From Chloroflexota bacterium (GTDB taxonomy: Bacteria; Chloroflexota; Limnocylindria; Limnocylindrales; CSP1-4): 48,444 nt of DNA. The notes below the pieces were generated by a model that saw only the letters and a list, made by a program, of their open reading frames with translations, searched no databases and was not told where the DNA came from. Of the stretch, positions 18,187 to 29,981 are shown piece by piece (within the stretch, counting starts at the first letter, position 1; each line of letters opens with the position of its first letter). The DNA lies in assembly GCA_003250155.1 (NCBI GenBank), contig QKHE01000090.1:1-48444 (forward strand), in the 5' to 3' direction. Made by a program: the position numbers and the translations under genes.

Positions 18187-20592
18187 GTGCCAGACTTTCG
18201 CCTCGTCGCCCCGTTCGAGCCGACCGGCGACCAGCCCCAGGCCATCGAGCAGCTCGCCGACGGCGTCAAGCGCGGCCTGCGGCACCAGGTCCTGCTCGGC
18301 GCGACCGGCACCGGCAAGACGATGAGCATCGCCAAGGTCATCGAGGCCGTGAACCGGCCGACGCTCGTGCTGAGCCACAACAAGACCCTCGCCGCGCAGC
18401 TGTACGCCGAGTTCCGCGACTTCTTCCCCGACAACGCCGTCGAGTACTTCGTCAGCTACTTCGACTACTACCAGCCCGAGGCGTACCTGCCGCGGACGGA
18501 CACCTACATCGAGAAGGACTCCAGCCGCAACGACGAGATCGACCGGCTGCGGCACGCCGCGACGCACGCGCTGTTCGAGCGGCGCGACGTCATCGTCGTC
18601 GCCAGCGTCAGCTGCATCTACGGCATCGGCGCCCCGGTCGACTACGGCGCGACCGTGCTCCGACTGCGCCAGGGCGGCCAATATCGCCGCGACGGCGTGC
18701 TGCGCCAGCTCGTCGACCTCCAGTACCAGCGCAACGACACCGACCTGGCCCGGGCCCGGTTCCGCGTTCGCGGCGACACCCTCGAGTTCCAGCCCGCGTC
18801 GGAGGAGCGGCTCGTCCGCGTCGAGTTCTTCGGCGACGAGGTCGAGCGGATCACCGAGCTCGACCCGCTGACCGGCGAGCTCCTGACCGAGCGGAAGGAG
18901 GTCAACGTCTACCCGGCCAGCCACTACGTGACCCCGGCCGACAAGCTCCGCGCCGCGATCGTCGACATCGAGGCCGAAATGGAGGAGCGGGTCGGCGAGC
19001 TGGAGCGCGAGGGCCGCGACCTCGAGGGCGCGCGGCTGCGGCAGCGCACGACGTTCGACCTGGAGATGCTGCGCGAGCTCGGCTTCTGCTCCGGTGTCGA
19101 GAACTACTCGCGGCACCTGTCCCGCCGTGAGGCCGGTTCCCGCCCATGGACGCTGCTCGACTATTTCCCGCCCGACTGGCTGCTCGTCGTCGACGAGTCG
19201 CACATGACGATCCCCCAGGTCGTCGGGATGTACAAGAACGACCGGACCCGGAAGGAGATCCTCGTCGACTTCGGGTTCCGACTGCCGTCGGCGCTCGACA
19301 ACCGGCCGCTGACGTTCGAGGAGTTCGAGGGCCAGCTCAACCAGGCCGTCTACATGTCGGCGACGCCGGGGCCGTACGAGCTCGAGAAGGCCGAGCGGAT
19401 CGCCGAGCAGCTCGTCCGCCCGACGGGCATCGTCGACCCCCAGGTCAGCGTCCGGCCGACGGACGGCCAGATCGACGACCTGCTGGAGGAGATCAAGGTC
19501 CGCGTCGATCGTGGCGAACGGGCGATCGTGACAACGCTCACGAAACGCATGGCCGAGGACCTGACCGACTACCTCCGCGAGCTGGGCGTGAAGGTCCAGT
19601 ACCTGCACTCCGAGGTCGACACCCTCGAACGGGTCGCGATCCTGCGCGACCTGCGGCTCGGGGTCTTCGACGTGGTTGTCGGCATCAACCTGCTGCGCGA
19701 GGGCATCGACCTGCCCGAGGTGACCCTCGTGGCGATCCTCGACGCCGACAAGGAGGGCTTCCTGCGCAGCGCCTGGTCGCTGATCCAGATGATCGGCCGG
19801 GCGGCACGGAACGTCGGCGGCGAGGTCGTGATGTACGCCGACACGATCACCGAGTCGATGCGCGCCGCGATCGACGAGACGGATCGCCGGCGGTCGGTCC
19901 AGGACGCCTACAACCGAGAGCGGGGGATCGTGCCGGCGACCGTCATCAAGGGCATCCGGGACCTCAACGACCAGCTCCGGTCGGTCGCCGAATCGACCGT
20001 CGTCTACACCTCCGAGCGCGAGCAGCTGGCGGGGCGCCTGGCCGAGCTGGATCGCTCCAAGGTTGAATCGCTCCTCGCGCGGATGGAGGCGGAGATGCGG
20101 TCAGCCGCCAAGGAGCTCGAGTTCGAGCGGGCGGCCGCGCTGCGCGATGAGATCCAGGGGATCCGGCTGCGGGTCCTGGAGCAGGACCAGTCGGCGATCG
20201 TGGCCCGGGCGGCCGAGGCGGCCGCTTCCCATGCCGCCGCGGGAAGGGCGGCCCCCGCCTCGGAGGCGGAGCGGGCAGCGGGCGCCAGGACGACCGGCGG
20301 CCGCCGGGCCGACGTGCGGGCGCTCGTCGCCGGGACCGCCGACACGGACGCTCCCGGATCGGTGCTCGAGGTGTCGTCGGTGACCGTGCTGCCGGCGGGC
20401 GATGAGCCGATCGAGGGCGTCGACGGGCCGGCCGAGGGCACCGCCGCCGACTGGCTCCCCGGCATCCGCGACGAGCACGAGGACGAAGGCGGTTGGCAGG
20501 CGCGCTGGCTCGATCGGCCGACCTGGGATCGGACCGTCACACCGAACATCCGGCGCCGCCAGGGCACTCGCCCGCCGCGGCGGCGACGATGA
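18187..20592 (+). CDS. uvrB: Excinuclease ABC subunit B
   Basis: [31 protein letters not shown] beta-hairpin, [26 protein letters not shown] domain; long C-terminal extension. Confidence 0.98.
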   Translation: MPDFRLVAPFEPTGDQPQAIEQLADGVKRGLRHQVLLGATGTGKTMSIAKVIEAVNRPTLVLSHNKTLAAQLYAEFRDFFPDNAVEYFVSYFDYYQPEAYLPRTDTYIEKDSSRNDEIDRLRHAATHALFERRDVIVVASVSCIYGIGAPVDYGATVLRLRQGGQYRRDGVLRQLVDLQYQRNDTDLARARFRVRGDTLEFQPASEERLVRVEFFGDEVERITELDPLTGELLTERKEVNVYPASHYVTPADKLRAAIVDIEAEMEERVGELEREGRDLEGARLRQRTTFDLEMLRELGFCSGVENYSRHLSRREAGSRPWTLLDYFPPDWLLVVDESHMTIPQVVGMYKNDRTRKEILVDFGFRLPSALDNRPLTFEEFEGQLNQAVYMSATPGPYELEKAERIAEQLVRPTGIVDPQVSVRPTDGQIDDLLEEIKVRVDRGERAIVTTLTKRMAEDLTDYLRELGVKVQYLHSEVDTLERVAILRDLRLGVFDVVVGINLLREGIDLPEVTLVAILDADKEGFLRSAWSLIQMIGRAARNVGGEVVMYADTITESMRAAIDETDRRRSVQDAYNRERGIVPATVIKGIRDLNDQLRSVAESTVVYTSEREQLAGRLAELDRSKVESLLARMEAEMRSAAKELEFERAAALRDEIQGIRLRVLEQDQSAIVARAAEAAASHAAAGRAAPASEAERAAGARTTGGRRADVRALVAGTADTDAPGSVLEVSSVTVLPAGDEPIEGVDGPAEGTAADWLPGIRDEHEDEGGWQARWLDRPTWDRTVTPNIRRRQGTRPPRRRR

Positions 20593-20658
20593 CCATCGGG
20601 TGGCTTTCGTAGGCCTGACCGCCCGGTATCCTGCCGCCGAGCCAACGCTGGGAGGGCC

Positions 20659-22185
20659 ATGACACTGGGGCCGGCACGCGGTCGCTCCTTCGATCTCGTC
20701 TTCGTCGGCACGGTCATCGGGCTGACCGCGCTGAGCGCGGGCGCGATCGCCCTCGGCATGTCCGTCGAGAGCGGGGTCCTCGACGTCGCGATCAACACGA
20801 TCGGGGCGCTCGCCGGCGCCGGCGCCGCCGGCCTCGCCTGGACGCGGTTCTCCGAGTTCGGCGAGCGGCCGGCGGCGCTGGAGGCGTCGGCCTTCCTCGT
20901 CCTGCTCACGTCGCGGGGCATCCTGGTGATCCTGGCCATCGTCGGGCTCACCGGCCCGCTCGGGCTGTCGCTCGACGCCCCGCAGCAGTGGCCGCTCTAC
21001 GCCTGGAGCCTGGCCCGCGCGCTGACGGCGATCCTGCTGATCCTCGGTGCCTGGCAGGCGCTGCGGCCGTCCGACGCCCGGCCGCTGTCGTCGTGGGTCG
21101 TCGCCGCGGTCCCGACACTGGCGACCGTCGTCGCGATCGCGCTCCTGCCGGCGATCGAGAGCAGCCTCCCGACGATCCTCGACGAGGCAGGCTTCGCGGC
21201 CCTCCGTGGCGACCCCGGCGGCCAGTGGGGCATGACGTCCGTCGGGCTCGTGTTCCAGGCCGCGATCGCCGGCCTGTACCTGTGGGGCGCCGGCCTGCAC
21301 CGGCGGCTGTATCGGCGTGGCAACCGCCGCTACGCCGGCTATCTCTCGGTCGCCCTGATCGTGGCCGCCTTCAGCCAGCTCCACTGGGCGATCCTGCCGG
21401 GCATCTACGCGCCGGCCGTCGTGCCCGACGATCTCCTCCGTGCCGCGTTCTCGATCATCCTGCTGATCGGCATCGAGGCGCAGCTGCGATCGGACGTCCA
21501 GGCGCTGCGGCAGGCGAACATCCGGCTCGAGGAGCTGCGCCACGTCGAGATCCAGCGTGTCGCGCTGGAGACCCGGGCCCAGCTGGCCCGCGAGATCCAC
21601 GACGGGCTGGCCCAGGAGCTGTGGTTCGCGAAGCTGAAGGCCGGCCGGCTGTCGCAGGTCGACGACCTGCCGGGCGATGCCCGCGAGCTCGCCGGCGAGG
21701 TGACCGCGGCGGTCGATCGGGCGCTCGGCGATTCGCGCGTCGCGCTGACGGCGATCCGGGCCGGCCTCGACGGCGAGCTGCCGTTCGGCGGGTCGCTGGA
21801 GGCCTACGTCAGCGACTTCGGCGACCGGGCCGGCATCGAGGCGCGGTTCGAGGGCGCGGAGGACCTCCCGGTGCTCCGGCCGCGCGTCGGGGCCGAGGTC
21901 CTGCGCGTCATCGTGGAGGCGCTGGCGAACGTCTCCAAGCACGCGGGCGCCTCGCAGGTGGCCGTTCGCGCCCGGCGAATCGATTCGACGATCGAGATTG
22001 CCGTGACCGACAATGGCGCCGGGTTCGACGTCGCCGGCGTCGAGGAGACGAGGTACGGAATCAGGGGCATGCGCGAGCGAGCCGAGCTGATCGGTGGCGG
22101 ACTCGAGGTCACGAGCGCGCTCGGCGAGGGGACGACGGTGACGCTGACGGCGCCGTTCGACCCACCAGGGGAGCCGGCCCCATGA
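20659..22185 (+). CDS. Membrane sensor histidine kinase (HisKA_3, multi-TM input)
   Basis: About 7 hydrophobic segments; LAREIHDGLAQEL H-box, EALANVSKHA N-box, DNGAGF, GIRGMRERA; SD GGGAGGG. Confidence 0.92.
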   Translation: MTLGPARGRSFDLVFVGTVIGLTALSAGAIALGMSVESGVLDVAINTIGALAGAGAAGLAWTRFSEFGERPAALEASAFLVLLTSRGILVILAIVGLTGPLGLSLDAPQQWPLYAWSLARALTAILLILGAWQALRPSDARPLSSWVVAAVPTLATVVAIALLPAIESSLPTILDEAGFAALRGDPGGQWGMTSVGLVFQAAIAGLYLWGAGLHRRLYRRGNRRYAGYLSVALIVAAFSQLHWAILPGIYAPAVVPDDLLRAAFSIILLIGIEAQLRSDVQALRQANIRLEELRHVEIQRVALETRAQLAREIHDGLAQELWFAKLKAGRLSQVDDLPGDARELAGEVTAAVDRALGDSRVALTAIRAGLDGELPFGGSLEAYVSDFGDRAGIEARFEGAEDLPVLRPRVGAEVLRVIVEALANVSKHAGASQVAVRARRIDSTIEIAVTDNGAGFDVAGVEETRYGIRGMRERAELIGGGLEVTSALGEGTTVTLTAPFDPPGEPAP

Positions 22186-22838
22186 GCCCCACCGCGGTCA
22201 TGACCCGGATCCTGCTGGTCGAGGACCACGCCCTCGTCCGGTCGGCCGTCCGCCAGGCGATCAGCGCCAAGGACATCGAGGTCGTCGGCGAGAGCGCCAC
22301 GGGCGAGGACGCCATCCCGATGGCCCTCGAGCTGAAGCCGGACATCATCCTGATCGATATCGACCTGCCCGGGATGAGCGGCATCGACGTCGTCCGCGAG
22401 CTGGCCCCGCGGCTGCCCGAGACGAAGCTCGTGATGCTGACGGTCTCGTCGGCCCGCCGCGACCTCTTCGACGCGATCCGCCAGGGCGCGTCGGGCTATC
22501 TCACCAAGGACATGACGCCGGAGGCCCTGGTGCGCTCGATCCGCGGCGCCCGCGAGGGCGACCTGCCGATGCCCAGGCGGCTGGCGGCCGAGGTGATCGG
22601 CGAGCTCGCCCGCGGGCGGGCGGCGCCGGCCGGGGCCGGCGCCCACGGGCTCGAGCGGCTCACCGGCCGCGAGGCCGAGGTGCTTCGGATGATCTCGAAC
22701 GGGATGACCGACCGGGAGGCCGCCGACGCGCTCGGGATCTCGGTTCGGACCGTCGAGACGCACGTCAGCAACCTGCTGCACAAGCTCGGCGTGCGGAACC
22801 GTGCCGAGGCGTCGCGCCTCTACCGCGAGCGCGACTGA
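22182..22838 (+). CDS. NarL/LuxR-family response regulator
   Basis: ATGA overlap with the kinase stop (alternative start 22200). LLVEDH, DIDLPGMSG, GYLTKD, LTGREAEVL...ISVRTVETHVSNLLHKL. Confidence 0.93.
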   Translation: MSPTAVMTRILLVEDHALVRSAVRQAISAKDIEVVGESATGEDAIPMALELKPDIILIDIDLPGMSGIDVVRELAPRLPETKLVMLTVSSARRDLFDAIRQGASGYLTKDMTPEALVRSIRGAREGDLPMPRRLAAEVIGELARGRAAPAGAGAHGLERLTGREAEVLRMISNGMTDREAADALGISVRTVETHVSNLLHKLGVRNRAEASRLYRERD

Positions 22839-22862
22839 CGGACCCGGTGCGCGCGCGCATGG

Positions 22863-22883
22863 GCCCTGCGGGGGAGGCAGGGC
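22863..22883 (+). terminator. GC hairpin after the response regulator
   Basis: GCCCTGC-gggggag-GCAGGGC; no U-tract. Confidence 0.35.
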
Positions 22884-23030
22884 GGACGATCGGGCCGTAG
22901 CGGTCGGCGGCGACCTGGGGCGAAATCGACGCACACAGGCTCGTGCCCGCCGACTCATACCGGACTCGTGTCGTTGATCTGATCCACCCGGCGCGCACGA
23001 ACCATCGAGCTCCGTTCGGAGGGAGCCGGG

Positions 23031-24992
23031 ATGCGCGCTCGATACGCACGACGTTGGACCGCGGCGACGCTCGCCGCCGTGTTGCTCGCGTCGCTTGGCC
23101 TCGCGGGCCCCGTGGCCGCCGCCCAGGTCTATGGCATCAGCCAGCTGAGCCCGACCCCGGCGACGGTCGACTACAGCGACCTGGTGACGTTCCGCGGCGC
23201 CTACACCTGCGCGAACGGCAGCGATCCGGATCCGCTGTGCCCGACGACGACCCAGAACCACGTCGCGACGTTCGCGCTGCGGCCGGTTGGCGGCAGCGCG
23301 TTCACGACGGTCGCGACCGTGAGCACGAGCTTCCGCTTCACGACGAGCAGCGGCGGTTGTCCGGCGACCTGCTCGGTCAGCTTCTCGGTCGTCTGGAAGG
23401 CCGGCCGGGCGCCCGGCTCGATCAATGTCCCGGCGGGTGACTACGACGTCCGCCTGACGACCACGTTGAGCTCCGACGAAGTGATCCTGCCGGCGGCCCT
23501 GACGATCGACCACGAGGACACCACGACCACCTACACCGGCGGCCTGACGGGCGAGGCAGGCGCCAGCCTGACGCCGTCGGCGACGATTGCCGACGCGGAT
23601 CTCGGCATGTACGCCGGGACGAGCCTGTTCTTCCCGGACGTCAACTTCGGGGCATATAGCCCCGTCAGCTTCGCGCTCTACGACGCCTCGAACACGACCC
23701 TCATCGCCGGACCGGTGACGGCCTTCGTCGGCGGTGCCGGCGCGACCGTGGGGACGCCGAGCCTGACGCTGCCCGCGGCCGGGACCTACCAGCTTCGAAC
23801 GACCTATCCGGGCAACGACTTCTACCGGGCCAGCGAGGACCTCGACACCGTCACGGTCACGCCGTCGACGGCGAACACGCCGCCGACCCTCCAGCTCCCG
23901 GGCCCGCTCGGCGCGGAGGCGACCTCGCCTGCCGGCGCGCCAGTCAGCTTCAGCGCGACGGCGACCGACCTCGAGGACGACCCCGATCCGGCGACGACGT
24001 GCGACTGGGCCTCCGGCTCGACGTTTCCGCTCGGCACGACGACGGTCACCTGCGAGGCGACCGACGCGGATGGGGCGACGACGTCCGGCGCGTTCACCGT
24101 CACCGTCGCCGATACGACCGCCCCCGGTGTCGCCATCTCGACGGCCGAGTCCGCCGCCGCCAGCGGCTGGTACAACCTCGCCTCGAACGACGGCACGGCC
24201 GGCGTGACGGTCGACGTCTCGACCGCTGACCTGGTCGGCGTCACGGGCCTGTCCTGCACCGACGGCGGGGTCGACGTCGGCTCGCTGCCCGCAGGCGGCG
24301 GGTCGTTCGTCGTCGGCGATGGGCAGCATGACATCGTGTGCGCGGCCATCGACGCTGCCGGGAACGGCGGGTCCGCGAGCGCGACAGTCGACGTCGACCA
24401 GACGCCACCGACGGCCGTGGCCTTCCTTGGCGGCGGGCTGACCGACGGCGGCACGTACGACTTCTGGTTCGTCCCGGCCGGACCGGACGGCTGCACGGCC
24501 GACGATCCCACCTCGGGCCTCGCGTCGTGCGTGGTGAGCGGCTACTCGACGGACGTCGGCGGGCACGTCGTGAGTGCCACCGCGACTGACGTCGCCGGCA
24601 ACACGGCCGAAGCCTCGCTCGGGTACACGGTCAACCCGTGGACGCTGGCCTGGGTCGACGGGTCGCAAAGCGCCGGCGGCTCGCCGCATGCCGGCGGGTC
24701 GCCGTCCACGAAGGCGGGAACGCCGGTCCAGCTCCGCTTCGAGATCTTCGCGGGCGCGGCCGAAGTCGACTCCGTCGCGGCAGTCGTCGGGCTGACCCAG
24801 CGGCAGGTCGATTGCGGTGATGGAGCCGTCCTCGGGCCGACCTCGGCGGCGGACTCGCGCAGCCCGCTTCGGTTCGTCGGCGGCGAGTTCGCCTGGAGCT
24901 GGCTCGCGCCGCGGGCGTCGGATACCTGTTGGCTCGTCGCTGTCGAGACCGTCGACGGCTCCTCGCTCGTCACAACCCTCCAGGTCCGGTAA
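23031..24992 (+). CDS. Secreted multi-Ig-like protein with HYR domain and PxKF-like C-terminal domain
   Basis: Signal peptide (..GPVAAA|Q); HYR motif (VSFSATATD..D....TC...SGSTFPLGTTTVTC.ATD); DxTxP and ATDxAGN Ig repeats; KAGTPVQLRF; paired Cys. Confidence 0.82.
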   Translation: MRARYARRWTAATLAAVLLASLGLAGPVAAAQVYGISQLSPTPATVDYSDLVTFRGAYTCANGSDPDPLCPTTTQNHVATFALRPVGGSAFTTVATVSTSFRFTTSSGGCPATCSVSFSVVWKAGRAPGSINVPAGDYDVRLTTTLSSDEVILPAALTIDHEDTTTTYTGGLTGEAGASLTPSATIADADLGMYAGTSLFFPDVNFGAYSPVSFALYDASNTTLIAGPVTAFVGGAGATVGTPSLTLPAAGTYQLRTTYPGNDFYRASEDLDTVTVTPSTANTPPTLQLPGPLGAEATSPAGAPVSFSATATDLEDDPDPATTCDWASGSTFPLGTTTVTCEATDADGATTSGAFTVTVADTTAPGVAISTAESAAASGWYNLASNDGTAGVTVDVSTADLVGVTGLSCTDGGVDVGSLPAGGGSFVVGDGQHDIVCAAIDAAGNGGSASATVDVDQTPPTAVAFLGGGLTDGGTYDFWFVPAGPDGCTADDPTSGLASCVVSGYSTDVGGHVVSATATDVAGNTAEASLGYTVNPWTLAWVDGSQSAGGSPHAGGSPSTKAGTPVQLRFEIFAGAAEVDSVAAVVGLTQRQVDCGDGAVLGPTSAADSRSPLRFVGGEFAWSWLAPRASDTCWLVAVETVDGSSLVTTLQVR

Positions 24993-25100
24993 CCGTCCGT
25001 TCGGCGCGACTGCGCTCGTTGGCCCGTCTCGCGTACTCTGTCCGAAATCAGCGGCCGCGATCAGCACGCGGCCGATACGAGGAAGGAAGCGCAGACGGAC

Positions 25101-25349
25101 ATGCCGACATACATGGACATGCATGACATCCCGGGGGTGAAGGCCGAAGACGTCGTGGGCGCCCACGAGGCCGACGTCAAGGTCCAGGGCCAGTACGGCG
25201 TGAACTACAAGCACTACTGGGTCGACGAAGAGGCCGGCAAGGTCTTCTGCCTCGTCGACGCGCCCGACCGCGAGACCGCGACGCGTGTCCATCAGGAGGC
25301 CCATGGTCTCGTTGCCCATACCTTGTACGAGGTCGAGCAGGGCGCCTGA
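25101..25349 (+). CDS. DUF4242 (SCO4226-like) small metal-binding protein
   Basis: MPTYMDMH...AHEAD...YWVDEEAGKVFCLVDAPD...VHQEAHGL; GAGGAAGGA SD. Confidence 0.88.
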   Translation: MPTYMDMHDIPGVKAEDVVGAHEADVKVQGQYGVNYKHYWVDEEAGKVFCLVDAPDRETATRVHQEAHGLVAHTLYEVEQGA

Positions 25350-25427
25350 CCGCCGGCCCGACACCACCCGGGCGCGCGGCGAATCCGAGACGGCAGTGAT
25401 CTGACACTCGCCCGTTAGAGTGGGCGG

Positions 25428-26894
25428 ATGAGCGCCGACCCCGCGCCGTCCGCGCGACGCACGAAGCTCGTCTGCACCCTCGGGCCCTCGACGAGCGGCC
25501 GCGAGGCAGAGCTCGTGCAGGCCGGGATGGACGTCGCTCGCCTCAACCTCTCGCACGGCAGCGCCGCGTCGCTCGCCGCGGCGGCAGCCGCGACCCGCGA
25601 TGCCGCGCTGACCGACGATCGTGCGGTCGCCGTGCTGGCCGACCTCGCCGGCCCGAAGATCCGGACGGGCGAGGTGGAAGGCGGGGCGGTCGATCTGGCG
25701 CCGGGATCCTCGTTCGTGCTGTCGGACGCGGGACCCCGTGCCGGGCGAGACGGGGCTCGCGCCGGAACTGCCGCGCGGGTCGGGGTCCACTACCGCGGGC
25801 TCGCGCGAGACCTCCGCCCCGGCGACCGGGTCCTGCTCGGCGACGGGGCCGCGGAGCTCCGCGTCGTGCGGATTTCGGGCGACGACGTGCTGACCGAGGT
25901 CGTCCGCGGCGGCACGATCCGGTCCCGAACGGGCGTCAGCATCCCGTCCGACCGACGGTCCGGCGGTCCGCTCACGGCCAAGGACCGGGCCGACGTCCGA
26001 TCGCTCGGGGCGCTTGCGCCGGACTACGTCGCGCAGTCCTTCGTCCGGCGCCCGGAGGACGTCGCCGCGCTCAGGTCGCTGCTCGGCGACGACGGCCCGC
26101 CCATCGTGGCGAAGATCGAGACACGGCCGGCGATCGAGCGCTTCGACGCGATCCTGGATCTCGTCGACGGCGTGATGATCGCCCGCGGCGACCTGGGCGT
26201 GGAGCTGCCGTTCGAGGAGGTCCCGCTCGTCCAGAAGCAGCTCGTCCGTCGAGCCCTGGACCGCGGCGTCCCGACGATCGTGGCGACCCAGATGCTCGAG
26301 TCGATGATCTCGGCGCCGCGGCCGACGCGGGCGGAGGCCAGCGACGTCGCCAACGCCGTCTTCGACGGGGCGGACGCGATCATGCTCTCGGGCGAGACGG
26401 CGATCGGGCGGTTCCCGGCTCTCGCCGCGGCGGCCGCCGTGCGGATCGTCGAGGTCTGCGAATCGAAGGGTCGGGCGCACCTCCCATCGGGTGCGGCCCC
26501 GCGTCCCGGGGACGCAGCGGCGCTGGCTCTCGCCGCGGTCAGCCTGGCCGATGTGGAGCCGGACGTCGCGGCGATCGCCTGCTACACGCGGTCCGGCCGA
26601 ACCGCGCGCGAGCTGGCCTCGTTCCGCCCGACGGCCCCCATCCTGGCGTTCGCGTCGGATCCCTCGGTCGTGGCCCGGCTGGCGCTGGTGCACGGCGTCC
26701 GGCCCGCCGCTGCGAGGGCTCCGAAGCCCGACGGGGAGCAGATGCGGTTCCTGGCCGGGCTGGTGTCCGCATCCGGGAACCTGCCGGCCGGGGCGGCCGT
26801 GGTCCTCGTCGCATCGACGGCGGCGCCCGGCTCCGGCCCCAACGTCATCGACCTGCACCGGCTGCCTGTCCGGGGACGCTCGACCGACGACTGA
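25428..26894 (+). CDS. pyk: Pyruvate kinase
   Basis: [57 protein letters not shown]. Confidence 0.96.
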   Translation: MSADPAPSARRTKLVCTLGPSTSGREAELVQAGMDVARLNLSHGSAASLAAAAAATRDAALTDDRAVAVLADLAGPKIRTGEVEGGAVDLAPGSSFVLSDAGPRAGRDGARAGTAARVGVHYRGLARDLRPGDRVLLGDGAAELRVVRISGDDVLTEVVRGGTIRSRTGVSIPSDRRSGGPLTAKDRADVRSLGALAPDYVAQSFVRRPEDVAALRSLLGDDGPPIVAKIETRPAIERFDAILDLVDGVMIARGDLGVELPFEEVPLVQKQLVRRALDRGVPTIVATQMLESMISAPRPTRAEASDVANAVFDGADAIMLSGETAIGRFPALAAAAAVRIVEVCESKGRAHLPSGAAPRPGDAAALALAAVSLADVEPDVAAIACYTRSGRTARELASFRPTAPILAFASDPSVVARLALVHGVRPAAARAPKPDGEQMRFLAGLVSASGNLPAGAAVVLVASTAAPGSGPNVIDLHRLPVRGRSTDD

Positions 26895-26907
26895 AACATC
26901 TGTTCGG
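26892..26907. promoter_or_regulatory. Probable LexA box upstream of uvrA (one core mismatch)
   Basis: TGAAAC-atct-GTTCGG overlaps the -35 position relative to TACACT (26924-26929), the same geometry as at uvrB. Confidence 0.7.
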
Positions 26908-26936
26908 TTTGAGCGTTTTCGCGTACACTGCGCGAC

Positions 26937-29900
26937 GTGCCCCAGGACAAGATCGTCGTTCGCGGAGCGCGCGAACACAACCTGAAGAACGTCACCGTCG
27001 AGTTCCCGCGGGATCGGCTGGTCGTGATCACCGGCCTCAGTGGCAGCGGCAAGTCGAGCCTCGCCTTCGACACGATCTACGCCGAGGGCCAGCGACGCTA
27101 CGTCGAAAGCCTCAGCGCCTACGCGCGGCAGTTCCTCGGCCAGATGGAGAAGCCGGACGTCGACCAGATCGACGGGCTCAGCCCGGCGATCTCGATCGAC
27201 CAGAAGGGCGCGTCGCGCAACCCGCGCAGCACCGTCGGCACGGTGACCGAGATCTACGACCACCTGCGACTGCTGTTCGCCCGAATCGGCCACCCGCACT
27301 GTCCCGTCTGTGGCCGGGAGATCGAGCGCCAGACCGTCCAACAGATCGTCGACCAGGTGCTCACGCTCCCCGAGGGCAGCCGGCTCCTCGTCCTCGGACC
27401 GCTGGTCAAGGATCGCAAGACCGAGGGCGACCGGATCTTCGAGGCGGCCCGTCGCCAGGGGTTCGTTCGCGTCCGCGTCGACGGCGAGACATACGACCTG
27501 GCCGAGGCGCCGACGCTGGACAAGTACAAGCGCCACACCATCGACGTGGTCGTCGATCGGTACGTCGTCCGCCGCGCCGAGGCGCCCGCGGACTGGGCCC
27601 GCGACGATCGCGGCCGGCCGATCGACCCGGCGACGGGCGAGGCGCTCGACGATCCTGACCGGCCCCGGCTCGCCGATTCGGTCGAGACGGCGCTCCGCCT
27701 CGGCGAGGGCGTCGTGCTTATCGCGCCGGCGGCCCGGGACGGTGAGGCGCCGCCGTTCGAGGAGCGACGCTACTCGGAGCGCTATTCGTGCCCCTACGAC
27801 GGGACGACGATCGATGAGCTGGAGCCGCGGAGCTTCAGCTTCAACTCGCCGCACGGCGCTTGCCCGACGTGCACCGGCCTCGGCACCCGCCTGGAGATCG
27901 ACCCGGGCCTGGTGATCCCGGACAAGGGCAAGAGCGTCCTGGCCGGCGCCGTCGTGCCGTGGTCCCGCATGCCGACCGACGCGAGCTGGCGGATGAAGAT
28001 CAGCGAGGCGATCTTCAGGGAGCACGGCTGGGACCCCGCCGCTCCGGTCCGCGATCTGCCGCCGGAGGCGGTGGAGTACCTGCTGTACGCCCCGCGCGAC
28101 GCCGAGCAGGTCGTCATCCGCTACCGCCACGAGCGCGGCGAGAACTCCTACAAGGCGAACTTCGAGGGCGCGGTCACGAACCTCGAGCGGCGCTACCGCG
28201 AGACCGACAGCGAGTACATCAAGACCGAGCTCGAGAAGTACATGGTCGAACGGCCCTGCCCGGCCTGCGGCGGGAAGCGCCTGCGGCCCGAGGCGCTGGC
28301 CGTAACCGTCGACGGCCGCGACATCAGCGGGGTCGCCGACCTCTCGATCACCGACGCCCTCGAGTGGGCGAACACGCTGCCCGACCGGGTCACGGAGCGC
28401 GAGCGAACGATCGCCTACCAGGTCCTCAAGGAGATCCGGGCGCGGCTCGGCTTCCTCGTCGACGTCGGGCTGGACTACCTGACCGTCAACCGCACCAGCC
28501 AGACCCTGTCGGGCGGGGAGGCCCAGCGCATCCGGCTGGCGACGCAGATCGGCACGACCCTGATGGGCTGCCTGTACATCCTCGACGAGCCATCCATCGG
28601 CCTCCACCAGCGCGACAACGCGAAGCTCATCGCGACCCTCACGCGGCTGCGCGATCTCGGCAACACGGTGCTGGTCGTGGAGCACGACGAGGAAACGATC
28701 CGAACGGCCGACTGGGTCATCGACATCGGGCCGGGGGCCGGCGAGCACGGCGGCGAGATCGTCGCCAACGGCCGGCTCGAGGCGATCCTCGGCGAGCCGC
28801 GCTCGATCACCGGCGCCTACCTGCGCGGTGATCGATCGGTGCCGCTGCCGGCCCGACGCCGCAAGGGCAACGGCAAGCGCCTCGTCGTTCGAGGCGCCCG
28901 CGAGCACAACCTCAAGGCCATCGACGTCGCGTTCCCGCTGGGGACGTTCGTCGCCGTCACGGGCGTCTCGGGCAGTGGCAAGAGCACCCTCGTGACCGAG
29001 GTCCTGTACCGCGCCTTGGCCCGCGACCTGTATGCCTCGCGGGCGACGGTCGGCGCCCACGCAACGATCGACGGCGTCGAGCTGGTTGACAAGGTCATCG
29101 AGATCGACCAGAGCCCGATCGGGCGAACGCCGCGTTCGAACCCTGCGACATACGTCGGGCTGTTCACGCCGATCCGCGAGCTGTTCGCGGCGACGCCCGA
29201 GGCGCGGGTCCGGGGCTACGGCCCCGGCCGCTTCAGCTTCAACGTCAAGGGCGGCCGCTGCGAGAACTGCAAGGGCGACGGGATCATCAAGATCGAGATG
29301 CAGTTCCTGCCCGACGTGTACGTCCCGTGCGAGGTCTGCAAAGGCGCCCGCTACAACCGCGAGGCGCTCGAGATCCACTACAAGGGCCGCTCGATCGCCG
29401 AGGTCCTCGAGATGACCGTCGAGGAGGCGCTCCAGTTCTTCTCGGCCGTGCCGAAGGTCCACGCCAAGCTCCAGACGCTCAACGACGTCGGGCTCGGCTA
29501 CATCCATCTCGGCCAGCCGGCGACGACGCTCTCGGGCGGCGAGGCCCAGCGGGTCAAGCTCTCGACCGAGCTGTCGCGGCGCGCCACGGGCAAGACGCTG
29601 TACGTCCTCGACGAGCCAACGACAGGGTTGCACTTCGCGGACGTGGAGAAGCTCCTGCAGGTCCTCCACCGGCTCGTCGAGACGGGCAACACGGTGGTCG
29701 TCATCGAGCACAACCTCGATGTGATCAAGACGGCCGACTGGATCATCGACCTGGGGCCCGAGGGGGGCGCCCGCGGCGGCGAGATCGTGGCCGAGGGGCC
29801 ACCCGAGGCGATCGCCCGCGCACGAAGGTCGGCGACCGGCGAGTATCTCGCCCGGGTCCTCCGGGGCGAGCCGCTCGTGCCGCTGTCGGATGTGACGTTC

Positions 29901-29978
29901 GCCGAAGCCGCGGGGCGCGTTCGAGCCGTGCCGCGGCCGTCGTCCGGCTCACGCCGGAAGGTCGCCGCCGCTCGCTGA
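26937..29978 (+). CDS. uvrA: Excinuclease ABC subunit A
   Basis: [37 protein letters not shown], two LSGGEAQR signatures, zinc fingers, GVSGSGKST. Confidence 0.98.
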   Translation: MPQDKIVVRGAREHNLKNVTVEFPRDRLVVITGLSGSGKSSLAFDTIYAEGQRRYVESLSAYARQFLGQMEKPDVDQIDGLSPAISIDQKGASRNPRSTVGTVTEIYDHLRLLFARIGHPHCPVCGREIERQTVQQIVDQVLTLPEGSRLLVLGPLVKDRKTEGDRIFEAARRQGFVRVRVDGETYDLAEAPTLDKYKRHTIDVVVDRYVVRRAEAPADWARDDRGRPIDPATGEALDDPDRPRLADSVETALRLGEGVVLIAPAARDGEAPPFEERRYSERYSCPYDGTTIDELEPRSFSFNSPHGACPTCTGLGTRLEIDPGLVIPDKGKSVLAGAVVPWSRMPTDASWRMKISEAIFREHGWDPAAPVRDLPPEAVEYLLYAPRDAEQVVIRYRHERGENSYKANFEGAVTNLERRYRETDSEYIKTELEKYMVERPCPACGGKRLRPEALAVTVDGRDISGVADLSITDALEWANTLPDRVTERERTIAYQVLKEIRARLGFLVDVGLDYLTVNRTSQTLSGGEAQRIRLATQIGTTLMGCLYILDEPSIGLHQRDNAKLIATLTRLRDLGNTVLVVEHDEETIRTADWVIDIGPGAGEHGGEIVANGRLEAILGEPRSITGAYLRGDRSVPLPARRRKGNGKRLVVRGAREHNLKAIDVAFPLGTFVAVTGVSGSGKSTLVTEVLYRALARDLYASRATVGAHATIDGVELVDKVIEIDQSPIGRTPRSNPATYVGLFTPIRELFAATPEARVRGYGPGRFSFNVKGGRCENCKGDGIIKIEMQFLPDVYVPCEVCKGARYNREALEIHYKGRSIAEVLEMTVEEALQFFSAVPKVHAKLQTLNDVGLGYIHLGQPATTLSGGEAQRVKLSTELSRRATGKTLYVLDEPTTGLHFADVEKLLQVLHRLVETGNTVVVIEHNLDVIKTADWIIDLGPEGGARGGEIVAEGPPEAIARARRSATGEYLARVLRGEPLVPLSDVTFAEAAGRVRAVPRPSSGSRRKVAAAR

Positions 29979-29981
29979 CAA

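Noticed and set aside
1929-19608. Other long antisense or alternate-frame ORFs (1929..4379, 10503..13256, 14092..16326, 16804..19608 and similar)
   Set aside because: They overlap well-supported genes and have the Arg/Ala/Gly/Pro-rich or mirror-codon composition expected from high GC3.
22998-23018. CGAAC...GTTCG upstream of the HYR gene as an SOS box
   Set aside because: The half-sites are 11 nt apart rather than 4; more likely part of a leader hairpin.
24996-25100. Long-range pairing (GTCCGT/ACGGAC, CTGCGCT/AGCGCAG) around the DUF4242 RBS
   Set aside because: A likely -10 (TACTCT, about 25034) would start the transcript downstream of the 5' arms, and short GC pairings are expected by chance.
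21804-29711. 2635-aa minus-strand ORF
   Set aside because: Shadow ORF. The five real + genes beneath it (22182, 23031, 25101, 25428, 26937) all start at positions divisible by 3, so their stop-poor antisense frames join up in GC-rich DNA. The product has no motifs.
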